A stretch of DNA of 45,907 nt. Source: Thermoleophilia bacterium (GTDB lineage: Bacteria > Actinomycetota > Thermoleophilia > BMS3ABIN01). This document shows positions 29,867-40,136 of the stretch, one piece after another; position 1 is the first letter of the stretch; each line of letters begins with the position of its first letter. A program made the translations under genes and the position numbers. Under the pieces are notes generated by a model that saw only the letters and a list, made by a program, of their open reading frames with translations, did not search any database and had not been told where the DNA came from. Location of the stretch: contig JBBAAB010000001.1 in assembly GCA_041658445.1 (NCBI GenBank), positions 1 to 45,907 on the forward strand, read 5' to 3'.

Positions 29867-32800
29867 CTAACGCGGCACGGATTGCGCCGCCAGCTCCAGG
29901 ACTACGTACTTGTCTAACCCCATGTCCTTGGAGATGTCGTATATGGCGTCCATTGCCACCTTGGGAAGCGGGTCGTCGTTCAAGGCGTAGTCGGCCACCA
30001 GATTGGCCAGGTTCTCCCCCATGACGCCCTGCCACTCCTGCCAACTCAGCATCGGAAGGCCGGGCTTGCCCTGCTCCACACCCTGCACGAGGGATTCCTG
30101 GCCCGTAGAGGCGGGGAGGGCCTCTGTCAACTCCGCCCGGCCCTGGTTGATCTTGGTGCCGAACTCCACTATCTTCTCGGCCACCTGTGCCCTGGTCAGC
30201 CCCATCGACTTCCAGTACAACTCGATCTGCCCAAGGCTCCCGTAGTAGGCATTCAGAATTGGAGTCATCTGCACATAGTTGGCCTTGAAGTCCAGGGCTT
30301 GCGAAATGTTGGGGTCCTGGGCAAGCATTCTATTGGCGGCGGTCTTGTCGTCGTCTCGGATGGAGTAGTACGCATCCACCCGGCCCATGATGTCCTTCCC
30401 CCACGACTGTTCCATGAGGGCGTACATCTGACTGTTTGCCGCCTTGGCCTTGTTCCACTCCGCCCTGGTCGCGTTATCCGGAAGGGAGACCATCGCCCCA
30501 ATGTCTATCATGGCGGCGTTGAATCTGGTCCTGTCCGTCTCGGCCCACTTGGACATATCCCCCTTGTCGGCGTAGAACTTGTTTACCAAGTCCCTGCTTC
30601 CGCCGGCCCAGATAACGTAGTCATCTGATTGCCCCGGAGGAATTCTAGAGAGGACGTTGTAGGCGTAGGTTGCGTCCCGCTCTTTGCCGGCCTTCTTGGC
30701 CAATAGAAGAGCATCCATGAACGGGTATTCTTTGCGGAGGTTGTCCATCGACTGCCGGAACTTGTCCGGAGACATATTCGGTCTCATGGTCCACAGGGCA
30801 TTGTAGTCCCCGTAGAACTGGTCGATGGTCATGTCTGAACGAGTTCGCATCTTGAAGCCTGCGCCGAACAAGAACGAACTCAACTGCCCCGGATACCGCT
30901 CATTGATTGCCCGCATTCTGGCGGCGTCCCACACCGGCCCCGTCTGAGTTCGTGCAGCCTCAATGGCCATCTGCTCAAGTTGCGGGTCCTCTTCAACCAT
31001 CGCACCCAATGCTCTACCAACCCTCCCCCTCTCGTAGGGGTCAATCCCCCCAGAGAACAGGTTGGTGAACGGGTCTAACTCAACGGGCTTCCCGGTGATC
31101 TTGGAGATGGTCTGACTAACCAATGCCGACTGGGGAACGAGCCTCCCGGCCCACCTTGCGGACGCCTCCTTGTCCTTGTTGTACAACCCCACCGCAATGG
31201 CCACACTAATGGGCGTCCAGATAGACGGCCCGAACTTCCCTAGTCCGTCCATCATGCTTGTGAACCAGTCCACCCTCTTCGCCGGATCGTTGAAGTCAAT
31301 CCCCGTCAGCCCGTTCATCGGGTTTAGAGTCTGCTCAAGGTTGAAGAACAGCGGGTGCTCAGTCTGAATTCCAAGGAGTTCATCAGACGAGATGTTGTAT
31401 CTCCACCACTCCGGCATGTCGGAGTGTTCCTTCGCCAACGTATCTCTGTAGCGGGCGTAATTCGCAATGATGCTCGGGGAGGCGACAATCCTCTTCAGCC
31501 AGTTGGCGTAGGTCCTCGTGTACCAGAAGTGGTACGGGAAGATGTATCCCAAGGCGTGGTCGAACCCGTATCGCTCCCCGTAGTTATGTAGAGCAAAGTC
31601 GCGGTCCATCACCCCGACACGATCTGCAACCAGTCGGGCCTCAGCAACTCTCTCGTCTGCAACCTTCTCCCACGCCCTAAGCGCGTCTTCGGCGGCGGGG
31701 TCAGAGATTACAGGAATTCTCCTCTCGCCATTCTCCCCAATGGACGCGATGGTCCGCTCAATCAGGTCTTGCGTTCCGGGTTGCCCCTCGTGTAGTGCCC
31801 TTGCGAATGTCGGGGCCGTTCCATCTGCCAATGGAGGAATGACTTGGCGAAGAGACTTGGCGCCTGGGGCTGGAGTTCCCGCCGGGAGCCAGCCGGCCTC
31901 GGCGTCGAACTTGGTGTACTTGTAAGCCTCTTCCTCGATCTTCTGCCCTCGGGCGAGGTCTTCGGTTATTGCCGCCTCGCGCCCTACGGCATAGTCTCCC
32001 TCTGAGACGTAGCGCACTCTAACCTTGCTGGCGTCACCCCTGGCCCTAGTCAGGGCCTCTCCATAAAGGTCCGTGGCCCACCCGCTGGAGCCAACGTCGC
32101 CCTCCATCGGGGCATTGTAGACGGCCCTGAGTCCGGCCGACCTAGCAGACGCCTCATTGGCGGCAACCATTTTGAACATGTCTCCGCCGACGGCGGCTCT
32201 ATTGCGGAGCGCCCGCTCCGCCACGTCAAGCGGAACGTCCTCTAGTTTAGAGAACTGCTCAACTCCTTCTGGAAGGTTCTCGTTGATGGCCAGGAGAAGA
32301 TGACTCGGCGTTCGGATGTCGTCGGTCAATCCGGTTGCTCGCCAGGCGTACATCTTTCCGCCCCTCAGGACGGCGGCGCGGGACATATCCCTGGCGTATT
32401 CGACTGACTGCGTAACCCTCGTGAGGTCTTCGGGGTCAACGACTATCCCAAAGGCCTGGAGTTCTTCGTTCATGTCAACGTAGCCTTGGAATAGCAGGTC
32501 TCGCGCCCCGTCGTGGGCAATGTAGCTCTCGTCCTGAAGTACCTCAAACGCCGCGTCCCTGAATGTCTGTCGGGTCAGGTTTGCCGGAGGAGGCCCCTGT
32601 AATCCGGCCTTCGTCCACATCTCTGTCAACTGGTCCGGGCTGAATACCCTCCTCGGATTATCCGTAAGCTCAAGGACGGACTGAATTCCGGCGGCTCGTT
32701 CTGCCCTGGCAGCCTTGAATGCCGTCCACCCGCTCCCCTCTCCCCTGCCAAGGAAGCGGTACTTCTGGACAATCTGCTGAACCTGCTGGTGTAATGCGGG

Positions 32801-35476
32801 GTCAACTCTAGACGCCTCGTATGCCCTCTCAAGAACGCGTTCAGAACTCGACTGGATTTCCCCGACGGAGTTCTCGTTGCCAACCATCATGTCGTCAATG
32901 GCGGCGTGTCTTGCGTCGCTGTTGGCCAGTCTTCCCAGGAGTCCGGATTCGGGCGCGGCGGCATGTTCCGCCGTTATGGTTGCATGGTCGAAGGCAACTC
33001 TCGCGGCCTGTTTGTTGTACTGCTCTAGAATGTCCCTTACGGCAACCTGCGCCTCGGCGGGAGACGGGGACCGCGCAATGGCGTCCTCAAGCGCCCCCCG
33101 TAAACCAATTTGCTCCCATGCCTTGATGTCCTCTGCCCCGAGAAGGTCGGGCAGGGTCTTCCACGCCTCTCTCGATCCGGTTGAAATGGACTCTCGTAAT
33201 GCCGCAGCGGCAGCCTTGACGTTGCCCTTGTTCTCGATGACGAGGTTCACCAAATGTCTTGCGGTGTCCTCGCTCATCCCCGCTTTGATAAGCAGCTCGA
33301 TCTCCGGAAGTGCCCTTCCGGGGACGAGCATCTTGCGCATCGTTCTCTCAACTGAGCGCCCCCAGATAGACTTGGACGCGTTGGTCTCGAACAGTTGCGA
33401 CAGTCTTTGCGCCGGGCGGTCCACCAACTTCCGAAGCCAACTGGTTGTTTCTTCCACGGGCTTTACGGCCCCGCCAGCCATCGTAATGCCCTGCCTTGAC
33501 CTGGCTCCGGCAAATCCCCCGGTCCACTCAACGCCTCTCTGGAACGCCTGCTCCGGGTGGAAGATGTCGTTTAGGGAACCGGCGCCCTCGTCAAACAGAA
33601 TGTGAACGGCGTTCTGGATGCCGTTTCGCATGGCGTATCCGGGAGAGTAGCCCATGTACATCGCGGACAGAACGGAATTCACCGGGCGGTAGAACTTGCT
33701 CTGCATGAGCTTGTCGGCAAGAAGGATGTTCCTCTGCGCGCCCTTCGGGGCCATCGCCGCAAGTCTCGCGAGGTCGTCTGGGACGATCTTGCCCTCAAGG
33801 GCGAGCCTCTCGACTTTCTGGGCCGCCTCGATGGCGTCCGTCATGGACGGCATGGACTTGGCCAACGCGGGCTCTAGTTGCCTTCCTGCCCACAGCGCAA
33901 CAGCGGCGGGGTCGGTTGACTTGGTGGCCTCAAGCAGGCCCTCCATGAACCTGGCCCCGTCGATGGCCCCATCTTTCCCCGCCATAACGTGATACAACAT
34001 GGCGGCCGTGTCTCTGCCCGCCTGAGACAACAACGGTCTAGGAGACTTGAACGCCGACAGCATGTGGGCCAATCCCTCGGCCCTTACCACCGCATTCGGA
34101 GAGGCGGACTTCGCCATCGCCTCCAATACGCCAACAATCTCATCTGCGTTCTTGGGGTGGTTCACCGAGCCGGAAATCCACCCGATGAGTTCCCCCATCA
34201 TATCCCCGGCAATATTCCTTCGGGTCTGGGCGGTCATGCGGAACAACGATCCGGAGAACCCGCCCTTCGCCGCTTGCTCCGCCCTCTTTGCGGTTGAGGT
34301 GGCGTCAATTGCAACCTGAAGGGCATCTAGTTTCGCCACTAAAGGAGCGGTGTCTCCGCCAGCCTCGGCAACCTTTCGTATATCGTCAATTAGGGGGATA
34401 ACGTCGTCAGAGACCTTTGTGAACATCTGGGCCGCGTCAAGTCCGTGCTCCGTGGCCGCGACGGCCCGATGGCCCATGCCGATAATGTTGAGGGGATCAA
34501 CAATGGCCTGCCCAATTGCCTCAACAACCGGGTTCTGAAGTTCAAGGTTCAGCAGGTCCGGGTTCTCGCCAGCCCTTGCCCTACGGATGAACTCCTCCCG
34601 GATCATGGGCTCCATCATGGCGGTATATTCTATGCTGCTCGCGGCGCTCTGAAGCTGATGCTCGTCGGCCTTCTCTCGCCACGTTCCTGGTTTCAGCATA
34701 AGGCGAATGGTGTTGTATGCCAGAACCGGATTCCACGTTAGAACAAGGTCCTTGGCGACATTCCCCGCCCGGTTGGCAGTATTCTCCAGCCACGACGCGC
34801 CGGTCTGGGCCTGCCCCGGAAGGGCAACCCTGTCAATCCTGGTCCCACCAGGAACACCAAGAGCGCCAGACGGGGCCGATCTCACCTCTCCTTGGGCCGG
34901 GCCAAATCCGCCAAGTTCTCCAGGCGCACCCGCGGCTGCCTCTTGAATGGCCCTGCCACTACCGACGCCCCTCTCGGCAACCTTGGCCGGGGCCACGACT
35001 CCTGGCATAAGAATGTTCTTTGCAAAAACACCCGGAGCCGACCCCATCGCTCGGACAAGGGCCATAACCGGGTTGGTGTCCGACGGAATCTTTGCGGCCG
35101 CAACCCTCATGTCGTTGACTAGCTTCTTCGCCCATCCCTCGACCCCGCTACCAAAGTACGGGTTTCCGTTCGGGTCCCACGACTCCGCTCCTTGAGGAAG
35201 TTGTTCCCCGTTCCTTCCGAGTGCCTCGGTCTTGTAGTTCCACTCCTGCTGACTTCTTGGGAGCAGGGGATTGTCCTCCTCGACTGGAGGCGCCCACTGC
35301 TCGCGCTGATGATTGACAGCCTCTTTGGCGGCGTACTTGTTCGCAGCCTCAAGGGCAAACTGCGACATGCCCCTGGTGTTCCCAGACGCAAAGTCGGCCT
35401 GGAACTTCTTGACCATCGACGGGTCAAGAGTTGTTAGGGGCCTGGTTTGTTTGGCCTTCGTATCGGGAAGTGTCAT
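29867..35476 (-). CDS. Very large virion-associated protein (about 1,869 aa; internal/ejection or polyvalent head protein, positional)
   Basis: The ATG at 35476 overlaps the upstream stop (ATGA) and has a GGAGA RBS. The longer track ORF start overlaps the upstream gene by 148 nt. Confidence 0.6.
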   Translation of the reverse strand: MTLPDTKAKQTRPLTTLDPSMVKKFQADFASGNTRGMSQFALEAANKYAAKEAVNHQREQWAPPVEEDNPLLPRSQQEWNYKTEALGRNGEQLPQGAESWDPNGNPYFGSGVEGWAKKLVNDMRVAAAKIPSDTNPVMALVRAMGSAPGVFAKNILMPGVVAPAKVAERGVGSGRAIQEAAAGAPGELGGFGPAQGEVRSAPSGALGVPGGTRIDRVALPGQAQTGASWLENTANRAGNVAKDLVLTWNPVLAYNTIRLMLKPGTWREKADEHQLQSAASSIEYTAMMEPMIREEFIRRARAGENPDLLNLELQNPVVEAIGQAIVDPLNIIGMGHRAVAATEHGLDAAQMFTKVSDDVIPLIDDIRKVAEAGGDTAPLVAKLDALQVAIDATSTAKRAEQAAKGGFSGSLFRMTAQTRRNIAGDMMGELIGWISGSVNHPKNADEIVGVLEAMAKSASPNAVVRAEGLAHMLSAFKSPRPLLSQAGRDTAAMLYHVMAGKDGAIDGARFMEGLLEATKSTDPAAVALWAGRQLEPALAKSMPSMTDAIEAAQKVERLALEGKIVPDDLARLAAMAPKGAQRNILLADKLMQSKFYRPVNSVLSAMYMGYSPGYAMRNGIQNAVHILFDEGAGSLNDIFHPEQAFQRGVEWTGGFAGARSRQGITMAGGAVKPVEETTSWLRKLVDRPAQRLSQLFETNASKSIWGRSVERTMRKMLVPGRALPEIELLIKAGMSEDTARHLVNLVIENKGNVKAAAAALRESISTGSREAWKTLPDLLGAEDIKAWEQIGLRGALEDAIARSPSPAEAQVAVRDILEQYNKQAARVAFDHATITAEHAAAPESGLLGRLANSDARHAAIDDMMVGNENSVGEIQSSSERVLERAYEASRVDPALHQQVQQIVQKYRFLGRGEGSGWTAFKAARAERAAGIQSVLELTDNPRRVFSPDQLTEMWTKAGLQGPPPANLTRQTFRDAAFEVLQDESYIAHDGARDLLFQGYVDMNEELQAFGIVVDPEDLTRVTQSVEYARDMSRAAVLRGGKMYAWRATGLTDDIRTPSHLLLAINENLPEGVEQFSKLEDVPLDVAERALRNRAAVGGDMFKMVAANEASARSAGLRAVYNAPMEGDVGSSGWATDLYGEALTRARGDASKVRVRYVSEGDYAVGREAAITEDLARGQKIEEEAYKYTKFDAEAGWLPAGTPAPGAKSLRQVIPPLADGTAPTFARALHEGQPGTQDLIERTIASIGENGERRIPVISDPAAEDALRAWEKVADERVAEARLVADRVGVMDRDFALHNYGERYGFDHALGYIFPYHFWYTRTYANWLKRIVASPSIIANYARYRDTLAKEHSDMPEWWRYNISSDELLGIQTEHPLFFNLEQTLNPMNGLTGIDFNDPAKRVDWFTSMMDGLGKFGPSIWTPISVAIAVGLYNKDKEASARWAGRLVPQSALVSQTISKITGKPVELDPFTNLFSGGIDPYERGRVGRALGAMVEEDPQLEQMAIEAARTQTGPVWDAARMRAINERYPGQLSSFLFGAGFKMRTRSDMTIDQFYGDYNALWTMRPNMSPDKFRQSMDNLRKEYPFMDALLLAKKAGKERDATYAYNVLSRIPPGQSDDYVIWAGGSRDLVNKFYADKGDMSKWAETDRTRFNAAMIDIGAMVSLPDNATRAEWNKAKAANSQMYALMEQSWGKDIMGRVDAYYSIRDDDKTAANRMLAQDPNISQALDFKANYVQMTPILNAYYGSLGQIELYWKSMGLTRAQVAEKIVEFGTKINQGRAELTEALPASTGQESLVQGVEQGKPGLPMLSWQEWQGVMGENLANLVADYALNDDPLPKVAMDAIYDISKDMGLDKYVVLELAAQSVPR

Positions 35477-36594
35477 GTCCCGATTCTCCAATTCAAAAGG
35501 TCGGAGGCGCCGTAGCCGTAGGTCGATCTGCTGGGGGAATATCCCCCGCCACCGCCCCCTCCGCCCCCGCCTTCGCCGCCTGTGCCGGCGCCAGAGCCTC
35601 CCCCACCAACCAGATACCAACTTCCGTCAGCGCCCTGCTGATACCCCATTGAAGCGAGGTTCTGGTCGCTCAACTGACCTTGAGACACGGCAATCATGTT
35701 TGGTGTTACCTGCCCCATCAGACTTCCGGAGTTGAACACGTCCATGTATCTCAGGTAGGCGTTGTAGTCTGCCATTGTGATACTCTTCGGAACGCCGTTC
35801 CACCCTGGAGGAAGGGCACTCGGAGGTTGGTAGAACTGCTCCGCCTTCGGCTCTGATCCAGTGAACGCCCCCGGTTGTGTCCCCGCCGTAGACGGAGGTT
35901 GATAGAACTGCGCGGCCTTGGGTTCCGCCCCGGTAAAGGAACCCGGCTGCGAACCAGGCGCGGGGGTTACACTCGCAGTCCCCGTGGCGCCCGCAAGCCC
36001 GGGCGCGCTTGGCCTAGGAGCCGAGATGGCCGATATTCCACCGAACCCCGTAGGAAGGTTTGACTTCGCTGGCGTTACCGATGCGCTGCCAGTAACCCCA
36101 GAGAACGCACTGTTGTAGGCTGGCATGGCGTTAACTGATTGGAGGGATGTCTGTACCGTCGATGGCATCTGGTTGATCGACCGTAGTGATGTCTGTACTG
36201 GCGCTGGCCCGCCGGCGATACTTCGGTTCTGCCCGGCCGCTAGTGATGCCAACTGGGACGACAGCGACGCCCCAGGCATTTGGTTTATGCCTTGAAGCGA
36301 GGTCTGAACGGGAATCACAGGGGCAACCGGAACAGCCGGAGAAACCTTGTTATCGGCCCCCCAGTTCTGGGATGCGGCCGACTTCCTGATGTCGATTTTG
36401 TGCGACGCCGCATATGCGTAGTCTGCCGCGCTGGCCCCGGCGGCCATCCGGAACCCCTGCTTCTTCGCGGCCGCGGCCTCTGCGGCGGTAGGAACATACG
36501 GCTTCGTGGTCTTCTTGGCCATCATTTGCCTCCGTATGTCGGCGGGGGCTGTTGCTGTTGCTGCGCCCTCTTGCCGAGCTTGTCCTGTAGCCAC
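35473..36594 (-). CDS. Repeat-rich low-complexity virion protein with a C-terminal poly-Gly tract
   Basis: Three VQTSL(Q/R)(G/S)(I/V)N(Q/A)MP repeats, two QPG(S/A)FTG(A/S)EPKA(A/E)QFYQPPS repeats, and a GGGGSGAGTGGEGGGGGGGGGG tract. Confidence 0.6.
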   Translation of the reverse strand: MATGQARQEGAATATAPADIRRQMMAKKTTKPYVPTAAEAAAAKKQGFRMAAGASAADYAYAASHKIDIRKSAASQNWGADNKVSPAVPVAPVIPVQTSLQGINQMPGASLSSQLASLAAGQNRSIAGGPAPVQTSLRSINQMPSTVQTSLQSVNAMPAYNSAFSGVTGSASVTPAKSNLPTGFGGISAISAPRPSAPGLAGATGTASVTPAPGSQPGSFTGAEPKAAQFYQPPSTAGTQPGAFTGSEPKAEQFYQPPSALPPGWNGVPKSITMADYNAYLRYMDVFNSGSLMGQVTPNMIAVSQGQLSDQNLASMGYQQGADGSWYLVGGGGSGAGTGGEGGGGGGGGGGYSPSRSTYGYGASDLLNWRIGT

Positions 36595-36661
36595 TTGCGA
36601 TACAGGTCAAGAACGTAGAGCTTTGACTCCACCCGCTTGATGTCCGTATCCCTTGAGGTTG

Positions 36662-38518
36662 TCATACCGGCATCTCCGCAGAGTTTCCAGCGCGTGTCTC
36701 CCCGGTCTGTTGCTCCATGATGTTGGCGTTGGGGTTCATCTGCGCCGGAGGGGTACCGCCCATGGCCGGGTTCATACCCATCCCCTCGGCTCCCTGCATA
36801 CCAGGCGTTCCAGTTGCCGGAGGGGCGCCCATCGCCCCGGAGACTTCGGGGGCCATTCCCTGCTGCTGTTGCATGGCCTGTTGGAGCATCCCCTGCGCCA
36901 TTTGAGCAGCCAACTGTTGGAGTTCTCCAGAGGCTTCGGCTTGAATCTTGGTGACGATGCCCTGGAGTTCAGCCATGTCGAACTGCTCTCGCATCCAGTC
37001 GTCCTTGAGACCTTCTGGGTCGGAGTATCCGAGTTCCTCGTACACCTTCCGCAGAGGAACGTTGGCCTGCTTCGCCAACAGGGTCGCGGCGTTGACCTTC
37101 TGGAGCCTGTCCGTCGGAGTTCCGGGAACCAATTCCACTCGGATGCGGATGTTGTCCGGGTCAATCTCGTCCGAGTCCAGCGTGTACATTTCCTTCTCGC
37201 CGCTCTTTCCTACGGTGTAGCCCTTCAGGTCCTCGCCCGAATAGTGGCACCACAGGAGCATCAACTCGTAAGCCTTCTCCCACCATCTCTCACCCTCGCG
37301 CTTGAACGGCAGTAGTTGCCCAATGGCAGACTGCATTCGGAGGTTGTATCCAGAGTAGCTTTCCCCAGGATTGGCCTCAACGTTCATCAGGATTGGAGGC
37401 ACGGAGGCCGAGGCCATCAGTCCTTCAAAATACTGCCACGCCTCCTTCATCGCCGGGTCAAGGGGGTGGTCCTGCATGTCCAACACATCGTTGGGCGACG
37501 TAACCTCGTACTCAATTCCCGGTTCGGAGAAGTTGGTCTTGACGCTTGACGGATTGGGGCCAATCTTCTTCCTCTTGGCTCGCCCCATCTCTGCAATCGC
37601 CTGCGAGATTACCAGCGTACCGAGGATGTTCGTGGTCTCCCACGTCTGCCCCGCCCACAGGGGATGCAAAAGCCCGTGTCTCTGATACTTGGCATCACTC
37701 TCCAGGGCCGTCCCGCCAACCACTGCCGCCCACGGAAGGAATGGGTATTCATTCTCTCTCGGGGGCATAATCACGTAGGCCGGAGAACCGCCAGCTGTCC
37801 GGTCCTCGGCGTCCCCCTGCATGACCCATACCGCACGGGAGTCGTGGTCCATGTAGTCGTACAAAACACAATCTTCATACCAATCATCTTCGTCGTCTTC
37901 AATGTCGTTTCGCAGGTCCTTTGCGGCATCGCCCCAGAAGTCCACGACTTCCTTCTTGGTCATCACGGCGACTCTGAGAACTTCCTCAAGCATGTAGTCC
38001 GAATGGGTGGCGTGGACCTGTTGCGGGTTTGGCAGAACCACCGCAAACGGACCATCTCTAAGGGCGGCGATCTGCCTTCGCGGGTTCCCGCCCATCGACT
38101 TGATTGCTTTGATCTGCGTCGGAAGGTGGACTACCTGCCCCACAATCTCGTCGTACAGCAGGGCCGACCCGATAACGTCCTCTCGGGAAGACGCCCGTCT
38201 CCTCATGGCAAGGTCCATGTTCCACTGGAGAACGCTCTCGACCTTGTGCGACCACCTTCGGGCTTCGTCGGAGTTGTCCATCGGGTCACAAGTTATAACC
38301 TCGTTCATCCCCGACAGGACCCTTCGCCCGGCCTTGAAGGCAAGATATGGGGTGGCGCTAATCAGCCTTCGTACCCAATCCAGACTCGCAAGACTGTCCG
38401 GAAGGACGTACTCGAAGTGGATCATTTCGTCCGTCTTCAACTGTTGATCTCGAAGGTCTTTGTCCCTCTCGAACAGGGCATTCGCCAGGCCGAGATAGTA
38501 GTCTAGTTTACGGACCAT
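36662..38518 (-). CDS. Portal protein
   Basis: 618 aa immediately downstream of and overlapping TerL; Gln/Met/Gly-rich C-terminus. Confidence 0.7.
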   Translation of the reverse strand: MVRKLDYYLGLANALFERDKDLRDQQLKTDEMIHFEYVLPDSLASLDWVRRLISATPYLAFKAGRRVLSGMNEVITCDPMDNSDEARRWSHKVESVLQWNMDLAMRRRASSREDVIGSALLYDEIVGQVVHLPTQIKAIKSMGGNPRRQIAALRDGPFAVVLPNPQQVHATHSDYMLEEVLRVAVMTKKEVVDFWGDAAKDLRNDIEDDEDDWYEDCVLYDYMDHDSRAVWVMQGDAEDRTAGGSPAYVIMPPRENEYPFLPWAAVVGGTALESDAKYQRHGLLHPLWAGQTWETTNILGTLVISQAIAEMGRAKRKKIGPNPSSVKTNFSEPGIEYEVTSPNDVLDMQDHPLDPAMKEAWQYFEGLMASASVPPILMNVEANPGESYSGYNLRMQSAIGQLLPFKREGERWWEKAYELMLLWCHYSGEDLKGYTVGKSGEKEMYTLDSDEIDPDNIRIRVELVPGTPTDRLQKVNAATLLAKQANVPLRKVYEELGYSDPEGLKDDWMREQFDMAELQGIVTKIQAEASGELQQLAAQMAQGMLQQAMQQQQGMAPEVSGAMGAPPATGTPGMQGAEGMGMNPAMGGTPPAQMNPNANIMEQQTGETRAGNSAEMPV

Positions 38519-40136
38519 GTGTCGCTCCTAAACTTGCAAACGGGTTCTTTTGCTTCTTCGGCGCAAACCACGGAGACGGAACATCCGTGCTTGCCTCGGT
38601 TGGGATCAGGAACAGCCCCGCCGCTGCCAATGCGTAGTAGACGGCATCCAGGGTGTCATCGTGCGTCTTCTGGGTCCCGTCCCACGAAACCCACTCATCT
38701 CTGAATGCGGTGAGGAATGGCGTCGCCCCATCGGATACCCACACGCGGGAGAACTCGAAGTGCTTGGCCATCACGCTTTCAAATCGGAAGCCCTTGGACC
38801 TTCCCTGGGTTCTGAGGGGGATGACAGGGAGGGTTCCAATGGATGCCAATTGATTGTAGAACTCCTCCCCCTTACCATCCATCTCGACACCGATGTTTAC
38901 AAGCGTCGGGTACATGTACGCGTACGCGCGAACCTTGGCCTCCGCCTCTCCTCTTGAAAGTCGCTCTCGAATGCCGTCCTGAATGACCAGTCCCCCGCTG
39001 GGCATTCCTCTCACTACCGCGAGGCCGAAGTAGTCCCTGCCCTTGTCCCTCAGATGGTCGGATGTGGAGGCGTAGTCAATTCCGAAGTACGTCGGCCATG
39101 TCGAGCCAATGCGCTCTGGAGGAAAGTCGTGCAGCCACTCCCGCTTGAGGTTCATTCCCTCGGCAGCCGTCAGGTCAAGCATGTATGCTTTTGCGAAGCC
39201 CTTGGCCCCGGACTTCCTGTACGCCTTGGCGATTCTCTCCGGGCCGAACTTCTCCGGCCACGCCGGTTTGGCCCAAACGGAGTAGGCCACAATCCCATCG
39301 TCGGCCACTTCGATGTATTCTGCCCCCTCGTCCTTCTTGTCGCAAATCTTCATCACGGGGGTCTTGACCCATCGGTAAACCCCGGTCCCCTTGGCCAAAG
39401 CCAGAGCGTCGTTTCTGGTCCACGGGGTCTGGCAGAAGGTGTGCCAAAGCCCAGGGTCCTCGGTGATCGGGTAGAGAGTGTCGGTCAGAATGGCGTTGAC
39501 CTCAATGTTTCTGGCGTCAGACCGCGTGTTCTTGTCGGTGTTGATGTCGTCAATCGCCAGCAACCCAGTAGGATGGGAGCCCGTCAAGACGGTATCCGTA
39601 TATCCAACTCCAACCAGAGTTGGGTCCTTGGCCCTCAACTGTTGCCAGTCTGCCTCCCGGTCCTTGTCGATTACCCAGTACCCCTGCGCCCCCCAGCCCT
39701 TCGCCTCATCCGGAACGACGTTGCGGAAGAACAGCCTCCAAGATGGGTTTCTGGTAATGATGTCCGCAACATTCCCGGAGTGTTTGGCCGCCTGCTTGTC
39801 GTCTCCCTGAACGAACAGGTTGGACTTATGTGGCTCCAGCCCGATCCTGTACGCGGTGAACGTCTCCGTTAGTGTCGTGGTCTTGGTCGAGCCGCGGAAC
39901 GCCTCGGCCCCAAAGAACATGTCCTGCTCTCGGGCCGCATACAGTGCGGCAACCCACTCCCTACAGTGTCTTGGAAGAGGCCGGTGCCGGACAAGCTCGT
40001 AGAACACACGGAAGCCGTCCGGGCTGTCTTCTCGGACCATTGCCTTCGCTTGCTCTACAACTTCGGTCTTCTCCGTAAGTTCTCCCTTGCGGGCCTCGCG
40101 GACAAAGCGCCGAATGATCTCCTCTGCCCTATCCAA
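38508..40136 (-). CDS. terL: Terminase large subunit
   Basis: ATPase-like FRGSTKTT segment and C-terminal nuclease-like FGIDYASTSD..LAVV motifs. TTG start with a GGAGGA RBS. Confidence 0.8.
   Translation of the reverse strand: MDRAEEIIRRFVREARKGELTEKTEVVEQAKAMVREDSPDGFRVFYELVRHRPLPRHCREWVAALYAAREQDMFFGAEAFRGSTKTTTLTETFTAYRIGLEPHKSNLFVQGDDKQAAKHSGNVADIITRNPSWRLFFRNVVPDEAKGWGAQGYWVIDKDREADWQQLRAKDPTLVGVGYTDTVLTGSHPTGLLAIDDINTDKNTRSDARNIEVNAILTDTLYPITEDPGLWHTFCQTPWTRNDALALAKGTGVYRWVKTPVMKICDKKDEGAEYIEVADDGIVAYSVWAKPAWPEKFGPERIAKAYRKSGAKGFAKAYMLDLTAAEGMNLKREWLHDFPPERIGSTWPTYFGIDYASTSDHLRDKGRDYFGLAVVRGMPSGGLVIQDGIRERLSRGEAEAKVRAYAYMYPTLVNIGVEMDGKGEEFYNQLASIGTLPVIPLRTQGRSKGFRFESVMAKHFEFSRVWVSDGATPFLTAFRDEWVSWDGTQKTHDDTLDAVYYALAAAGLFLIPTEASTDVPSPWFAPKKQKNPFASLGATHGP

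Noticed and set aside
17739-40136. Dozens of 60-200-aa ORFs antisense to or out of frame within the large structural genes
   Set aside because: They are fully nested in long, well-supported minus-strand genes. Their composition is Arg/Gly/Pro-rich as expected for alternative frames of GC-rich DNA, and they lack RBSs.
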